A stretch of DNA of 64,000 bases from a virus: the IMG/VR virus record IMGVR_UViG_3300046690_000339, positions 1 through 64,000 of that record. One strand, given 5' to 3'. Below the pieces are notes generated by a model. The model was not told where the DNA came from, made no database searches, and saw only the letters and a program-made list of their open reading frames with translations. Shown one piece after another: positions 58,147-64,000 of the stretch. A program made the translations under genes and the position numbers. Numbering within the stretch: the first letter of the stretch is position 1; each line of letters begins with the position of its first letter.

Positions 58147-58655
58147 TAATCTCCGTGCGCCTTGCGCATGTGGTTGTCGCGCGAGCTCGGCGTCGGAAAC
58201 GTCAGCACGCAGTCATCGTCGGTGCACTCGAACTTATAGCCGGTGCCGCCGCTTCTGTGCTTGATCCGGTTGTGAGCGTCAAGTCCGCGATGATTGAGGA
58301 ACGGCTTCTGATGCTCCTCACAATAATAGTCGCCGCGAGCGCTACTCTTTCGCGCTATGCCGTGCTTATTCAGCCTGTGATTGTTGAGATGACCAAGGAC
58401 GGCATAAGAGGTCTCGCACCCGGGATGATCGCATCTGAACTTCAAGCGAGGGAGATCGACGGGCAGGTCTTCGGGCAGCTTCTCGACCAACGGCAAACGC
58501 GCGTGGTCGGTATCATCGGACAGATCGCCAATGAAGGCACGCGGCATATCCGTGAACCTGGCTTTCAGCGTCACGTTCTCGCCAGCCGGAAACTTAAAGC
58601 CCTCGTGGAAAAGCTCGTCCAGGTCTGAGGTTTCTAGTTCGATAATGTGCCGCAT
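58146..58655 (-). CDS. triple C2H2 zinc-finger protein
   Basis: CDHPGC..HRLNKH; CEEH..HNRIKH; CTDDDC..HMRKAH. Confidence 0.7.
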   Translation of the reverse strand: MRHIIELETSDLDELFHEGFKFPAGENVTLKARFTDMPRAFIGDLSDDTDHARLPLVEKLPEDLPVDLPRLKFRCDHPGCETSYAVLGHLNNHRLNKHGIARKSSARGDYYCEEHQKPFLNHRGLDAHNRIKHRSGGTGYKFECTDDDCVLTFPTPSSRDNHMRKAHGD

Positions 58656-58848
58656 CTGTCACCTTTTAGAATTCTGCTACGGCCATATAATCCCCGCAAT
58701 CTCCCACGATGTTTTTATCGAAAGCCGGCCCTCCCCCCATTCACGCCACACGATGCCGAGAAACAGCCATAGGCGTTTTAGATATATTTGCCAGCGGGGA
58801 TAATGCTTCATTCTTTCACCTCACCATGTAGAGCGTTTATCATACGCT

Positions 58849-59556
58849 CTACAATTTCCAATGCTCTTTTAGCCATGGATACTTTTTCTTCTGTTCTTTG
58901 CTCCAGGGAGGATATGCGCCGCTAGTAAACACCATGCAGGCGGCCGGCGCCTGGCGCGATCGCGCCGGTGTCCAGTTGATCTTCATCAAACCGTCGTCGT
59001 TGCTCCACTTGCCTGGCGGTGGATACATCTTGAAGCTCATCCAGCCCTGATCGGAGCCACGATTGCCCGCTGCGGCGGCCTGGGTCGGCGATACGAGCGG
59101 ATCGAAGTCTTCCCATATATAAGGATGGGTCCCGGTCCGGAGCAGATAGACACCGCCGGCGATCTTGCCCCAACCGAAGCGCTTGTCGCACCAGCCGACG
59201 AAATCCTCGTCGCGGTCGACCAGCGGCCTAATGTCGCCGAGGATGACACAATCGATATCGAGCGACAAAATCCGCTCACCCAACACGACTGCTTCACGTG
59301 AAAAACTCCATAACCGACAGTAACAGCTTGGAAATCTCTCGCCGTGCGGGCTCTTGATGTCGTCGAAGCGCACCGGCATCGGCATAGCCTCGATGCGCGG
59401 ATCGAGATCTTTAGCGTCGTCGGTAATGCAGATGAAGCGAAACTCGCGCGGATACCAGCGGGCAACCATGGCGTAGAGCACGTTGACGTGTTTGGCACGA
59501 AACTTTCGCCGGCTGCTGTTCGGGTCGCGCCATTTCCAGGTGACGAAGGAAATCAT
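58849..59556 (-). CDS. glycosyltransferase-like protein (GT-A, DxD)
   Basis: VTWKW, HVN.L..MV.R, FICITDD, SLDIDCVI and SDQGW. Confidence 0.78.
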   Translation of the reverse strand: MISFVTWKWRDPNSSRRKFRAKHVNVLYAMVARWYPREFRFICITDDAKDLDPRIEAMPMPVRFDDIKSPHGERFPSCYCRLWSFSREAVVLGERILSLDIDCVILGDIRPLVDRDEDFVGWCDKRFGWGKIAGGVYLLRTGTHPYIWEDFDPLVSPTQAAAAGNRGSDQGWMSFKMYPPPGKWSNDDGLMKINWTPARSRQAPAACMVFTSGAYPPWSKEQKKKYPWLKEHWKL

Positions 59557-59861
59557 TCAAGGGAGTGCGGCCTGGGCCGATGACTGGGTAGGTGGCCGGT
59601 CACTCGGCGCCGCACGAATGGCAAATTTCCAGAACGAGCATTCTCTAACGTATGAAGGGACAACTGGAATCCCTTCATATCCTGCACGCCCTGAGCCTTT
59701 GCAGGTCGGGCAAACATCGGGGCGGAGCTGCATTGGGGGTTCCGGACTCATTGGAAATCTAAATTGATAGCCTTCGCCACAGCAGGCTTTGCAATCTTCG
59801 ATCATCGCGTTTCCCTCGGCGTAATTTGTCTGGCCGCTCGCCGGCTCAGCGCGTTTATAGC

Positions 59862-60053
59862 TCACCGCTCCTGGCTCTCGATCTGCTTCAGCGCGAGCTC
59901 AATCGCCTTGGATATTTTGGTTTGGCCGGTCTCCCAGCGAATAATGCTCAGCCTCTGCACCCCAATGCGCTTGGCGAGCTCCTCCTGAGTGAAACCGAGC
60001 CGCTCGCGGCGTCTTTTCATATCTTCGCCAGTCATGGTTTCTCTGTGTACCAT
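59862..60053 (-). CDS. XRE-family HTH regulator
   Basis: RERLGFTQEELAKRIGV....I.RWETG. Confidence 0.88.
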   Translation of the reverse strand: MVHRETMTGEDMKRRRERLGFTQEELAKRIGVQRLSIIRWETGQTKISKAIELALKQIESQER

Positions 60054-60075
60054 AATAATACACCGTAGCGCAAGC

Positions 60076-60990
60076 CTAATCGAGCAAACTCAGCGCCTGT
60101 TGGGTAGCCTTGGCCCGGTTGAGAGCTTCGCGGATACGGCGCAGATGCGCCATGATGATGTCCAGGCGTTGGGCCCTGAGTTCGGTATCGCCGTCGAGGA
60201 CCGACGACAGCACGGCGACCTCGTCGCTCTTGAAGCTCCGGATGACAAGCGACTCCACGCGCGCCATCAATTCGTCATACTTCGAGGTGATCTCGCGCCG
60301 GTGCTTTTGCTCGTCAGTGTTGCCGGTGTCAAAGAGCTGTGTCTGCTGCTCGTTCTGCGCCATGGCGTCGACCAGCAGCCACCAATGATTGAGATTCATC
60401 GAGCCGGCCTTCTTGAAAGCGAGCATCTGGTTCTGGTGATTGATCTTCGTCAGGTGCAGCGCCTGGGCCGGGCTAATGGCGCCGTGCACCACGCCCTCGC
60501 GCATGGCGGCGCTCAGCTTCTGGAGCTTTAACCTGTCGCGCACGAAGGTCCAGGGTTTGCCGATGATCTTGGCGACCTCGGCCTCGTCGATGCCACCGCG
60601 GGTTTTCTGGAGCTCGGCCAGGGCGTCGCTCTCCTCGATCACGTTTAAATCCTTGCGATGCAAATTCTCGATGATAGATAAGGTCCGGATGCGCAACGGG
60701 TCGCCATCGTCATTTACGAGCGACTTGATGGTGCCCAGGCCGGCCAGTAGATGAGCCCGCCAGCGCCGCTCGCCCGCGACAATCATCCATCGCGCGCCGT
60801 TGGGCCGGATCGTGATCGGCTGCATCAGCCCGTCTTTCTTGATCGACTCGGCGAGCTCCTCGAGGTCGCGGTGCGTGAATTGCCGTCGTGGTTGACCTGG
60901 GTCCGCGTCGATATCGGCGACGGGAATTTCTATGACGCTGGTTTTCATCCGGCGCATTCTATGATCTTCGATCTCAATCACCTTGCTCAT
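60076..60990 (-). CDS. ParB/Spo0J-like protein
   Basis: QPRRQF, ELAESI...GLMQPI, VAGERRWRA and ENLHRKDL. Confidence 0.9.
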   Translation of the reverse strand: MSKVIEIEDHRMRRMKTSVIEIPVADIDADPGQPRRQFTHRDLEELAESIKKDGLMQPITIRPNGARWMIVAGERRWRAHLLAGLGTIKSLVNDDGDPLRIRTLSIIENLHRKDLNVIEESDALAELQKTRGGIDEAEVAKIIGKPWTFVRDRLKLQKLSAAMREGVVHGAISPAQALHLTKINHQNQMLAFKKAGSMNLNHWWLLVDAMAQNEQQTQLFDTGNTDEQKHRREITSKYDELMARVESLVIRSFKSDEVAVLSSVLDGDTELRAQRLDIIMAHLRRIREALNRAKATQQALSLLD

Positions 60991-61152
60991 CTGTTCTCCT
61001 CGGCTTGATGATGAGTTGATTATCGAATTGCTGGTTCTCGAATTGCTCGCAGCGCGCGCAGCCTACGGCATCAAAGAAAACCACCCACTCCCGCTGGAAG
61101 TAATCAGCATTTGCTTGCGCTTGTTGCTTTGCGCTTTCGAAGTCTCTGCAAA

Positions 61153-61420
61153 TCATCGCGCACCTCCCTCTGCGTCCGAGATGTGTATCGCCAATTCCTG
61201 CAGGTCGTCCCAAACTTCTTTGAGCTTGTAAACGCGGACGGTGTACTCTTGGACCGCCGTGTTGATTGCGTCGGGGCCTTGCGGATAGTAGTCGCGCCCG
61301 TTGGGTGACGCGGCTTCGAGCGCCTTCAGGGCCTCGTAAACCTTGTGACCAGCTTCCAGTACCTGTTCGAGCAATTGATCGCGGCCTGTGCCATTTCGGT
61401 GAATGGTTGGCTTGATCATG
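61153..61420 (-). CDS. conserved phage protein
   Basis: PTIHRNGT...PNGRDYYPQG motif. Confidence 0.6.
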
Positions 61421-62040
61421 ATCGGCCTCGTTTCGCCCGTTCGATTTCGGTCAACACTTCTGTTTTCTTGGGTGTGATGCAGGGCCATGGATCGCCGAGC
61501 GATACCCACTGGCCGCACAAGCGGACCGACACCCAGGTATAGGTGAGACTGCCATAGCGCCGGCGCACCAAGCTGATCTCGTCGCCGGTCTTGAGTGTTT
61601 GGACTGTCATGGCGGAAATCCCATCACGACCATCATCAAGCCAAGGAATATGGCGATGATGATGAGTAGGGCGACCTTCAAAATCGTTTTCATCATCAGC
61701 TCTCTACCACTCCAGCAGCGCGCAAACCGCGCCGCCGAGGATGATGATTGCAAACGCCACGTATCCAGCAGCCGCAAGAATAAGTCCCGACTGCAACTGG
61801 ATGCCGATTAAATTTAACGCTGTTTCCATGATTTTCTCCTTGTCTGTATTGAATTGATACCAATGCGGATAAAAAAATATCGACCTATTTCTCGCACGCC
61901 TTTTTGCAGTCGCCGCAGAGCGGTTCCCAAAGTGCGAACTCATCTGGTTTGCTTTGCGGATAGCTCAGTGCGAGCACAACGCCGCATTTACAAGTTTTTA
62001 AGCCGAGCGCTTTGGATTCGTTGTTTGTTTTCATATTCTT

Positions 62041-62069
62041 AATGTAACATTTTGATACGTAGATGTCAA
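62041..62069 (-). promoter_or_regulatory. sigma70-type promoter, probably leaderless
   Basis: TTGACA-17 bp-TACATT with an extended TG; ATG 6 nt downstream opens a 49-aa ORF (61885..62034). Confidence 0.7.
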
Positions 62070-62085
62070 GAGGAAAGATTATTTT

Positions 62086-62283
62086 TCAGCCTTCTCTTTT
62101 GCTCGCCGCCCGTTGATTCCAGTATCGCTCTGCATTTCCGGCGCTCTTAAACCACGGTCCTTGTGCGCCACAGGATCTACACCTTACAAAGTGAGCCCAT
62201 GCGTCAGGCTCACCGTCTTGGCATCCATCGCGGAGTGATTTGGCTAGCATTCCTTGACCCGCACAGAATGGGCATGGCTTCAT
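62086..62283 (-). CDS. Lar-family restriction alleviation-like protein
   Basis: KPCPFC...VRCRSCGAQGP...A...WNQR. Confidence 0.7.
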   Translation of the reverse strand: MKPCPFCAGQGMLAKSLRDGCQDGEPDAWAHFVRCRSCGAQGPWFKSAGNAERYWNQRAASKREG

Positions 62284-62495
62284 TTCTCTACTCCTTTTCC
62301 TTTGCGCTCATCGTGGCCCGAGCAATCCACACCGGATGCAACTCAACGATGACTTGGTTCGTGATCGATCCGTCGTCATGCTTCACCATCCGATCGACCG
62401 TGACGAGCAAGCGTCCCTGGTCGAGTATCTTTTCCACCTGTGCGCTCCCATAAGGCAGCACATTAACTTTTTCTCCGCGTCTCGGTTGAATCATG

Positions 62496-63265
62496 TTAGC
62501 TCCTCTCCTGTCCCGGCAACTCATCGCCGCCGGCCGCTTGGTTGAGTTTCTTCACCAGATCGAGCCTTAAAAACTTGATGTGCGCGTGGCCGTTGCCGTA
62601 GCACTTGATCTCGAAATAGTCGTCGCTCCAGGACTCGCCTGTACGCTTGTCTTTCATGCCTGTGTTGAACCTGGTCCTGAAATCGTGCGGGTATTTCTGG
62701 ACGCCCTTGCCGTCGAGCAGGGAAAACACGTTGCCCAGGGAATTGAAGTTAGCGTCGTGGTAGTAATCGATCTCGAAGCCGCCGCTATAAGTCGGTCGTA
62801 CGCCGGAAACGATGACGCGCGGGCCGATCTTCCATCTCTGGTTTGTTTTGAGAGCGCCCGTACCCAGGCGCTATGTGGTCGTAGCCAGTCAAAGACCTCT
62901 TTTATCGACTCGTCGAGAAGACCCTTGACCCTGCCGGCCAGCCCCTGCAAGGTGCCCATGATGTTGTCGGCGGTCAGCGGCGGCAGCTCGTTTTTCTGGA
63001 TCTGCTCCTCCATCTCCTTGCGCCGTTTCTCCGTCATGTAGTGCTTGAGACCGGTCTGGTCCAGGATGTATTTCCAGGCGTTGCGGGTGAGGTGATCATA
63101 AACTTCTTTCTCGGATCGCTCCTCGAACACCGAGTCGCCGTAGTTGTGGGAGCTTGGAAGGATGTTGTGATAATAGCCGCCCTTATCACCGAGCGTCGCC
63201 TGGAGCCGCGCCTTTGCACCGCGCAGCGTCTCAAAGGCTTGCTTGATTTCGAGCTTCTTCTGGCC
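62496..63265 (-). pseudogene. DUF4942-like protein, 5'-truncated, with a single-base frameshift
   Basis: EVFDWLRP...KTN...IG.RVI and YFEIKCYGNGHAHIKF.R.DLV..LN. The frame breaks at the G run 62863-62865. Confidence 0.7.
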
Positions 63266-63589
63266 TACTATTTTGTCGAACGTCATGCCAGTCCTGAACA
63301 AAAACGTGAAATTATCGATGCATATATTCTTGGAAAAGATTTAACGCAATGGTATCCGCTTTTGATAATGCATGACAGCAGGCCAACCCAGGCGATCGAC
63401 CAAGCCTGCAACAACATCTCCAGTCCACCGGCCAAATCCCGCAATCCATGTCAATCAAAACCTCAATATATAGTGGCCATGCTGCACCTCGTGAGCTTCG
63501 GTGCTAGAAAAGTTTGACTTAACGCCGCTTTTTGACTTAATTTGTTCTCTGTGGGGGCTGCTGAACGACGTCACAAAAAAATCGACCTG

Positions 63590-63866
63590 GATATCTTCAA
63601 AGGCCAGCGCCAGTTCGGTGTCGATTGGCCGGGTATCAGCGATTACACGGCTTAGCACGCTTTGATCTCTGCCCACTACTACCGCGAAAACTTGTCATTT
63701 GCTCTGTCAAGCATAAAGTTCAGTTTAATGAATAAATATGCGAATTTTGCATTTTGGCATTGACAAAGCCTTTCCGGCCAAATATAAGAAACAAGCATGG
63801 CGCTCTTAGAACAAACACCTGTGCAATTCGTTAGGGAATTGATGGAAAAGCGCGGCTGGAACCAAG
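63590..63866. pseudogene. HigA-like XRE antitoxin split across both strands
   Basis: Plus strand 63797-63866 reads MALLEQTPVQFVRELMEKRGWNQ. Minus strand from 63694 reads QVFAVVVGRDQSVLSRVIADTRPIDTELALAFEDI. Confidence 0.6.
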
Positions 63867-64000
63867 CTGCTCGTTGACGTTGGCACCGCCTGCGGGAAGT
63901 ATCACCATGAGCATGTGCGCAATCTGAATACCCGCCGCGTCCAGGCCGATGAAATTTGGTCTTTCGTCTATGCGAAGGCGAAGAATGTACCGGAAGAAAA
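63861..64000 (+). mobile_element. internal fragment of an IS1-family DDE transposase
   Basis: TKLLVDVGTACGKYHHEHVRNLNTRRVQADEIWSFVYAKAKNV. Confidence 0.75.

Noticed and set aside
62855-62870. Programmed frameshifts in the DUF4942 gene and at 10588-10590
   Set aside because: Both are repaired by adding one G to a GGG run and lack an XXXYYYZ site. Homopolymer sequencing error or decay is more likely.

Overview
A large part (about 60 kb) of a tailed-phage or prophage genome, almost all on the minus strand. In reading order from right to left: a DUF4942/ParB/HTH small-gene module; a glycosyltransferase and methyltransferase cluster; a lambda-like head (gpW, portal, ClpP protease, decoration protein, gpE capsid); a siphovirus tail (gpZ, terminator, tube, frameshifted chaperone, tape measure) with a GTA-like tip (DUF2460, DUF2163, NlpC/P60, central fibre); fibre, secreted and membrane genes; a truncated cI with cro; and recombination and replication genes. 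The main find is a nested element. A DNA methylase flanked by a 10-bp direct repeat sits between the two halves of the split central tail protein gene. It carries two independent in-frame insertions, each hiding an HNH endonuclease in the -1 frame, each with its own TATAAT box, and each regenerating the conserved motif it interrupts. Other points: a baseplate hub gene split by a beta-helix domain, three small-protein plus RNA-hairpin cassettes in the late region, and a probable virion glycosylation system. Several patchwork junctions (about 1.5-3.5 kb, 10.7 kb, 14.3 kb and 63.3-64 kb) may be deletions or assembly chimeras. I recognised no terminase, endolysin, intact integrase, tRNA or CRISPR array. 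All family assignments are by eye, from motifs and gene order.
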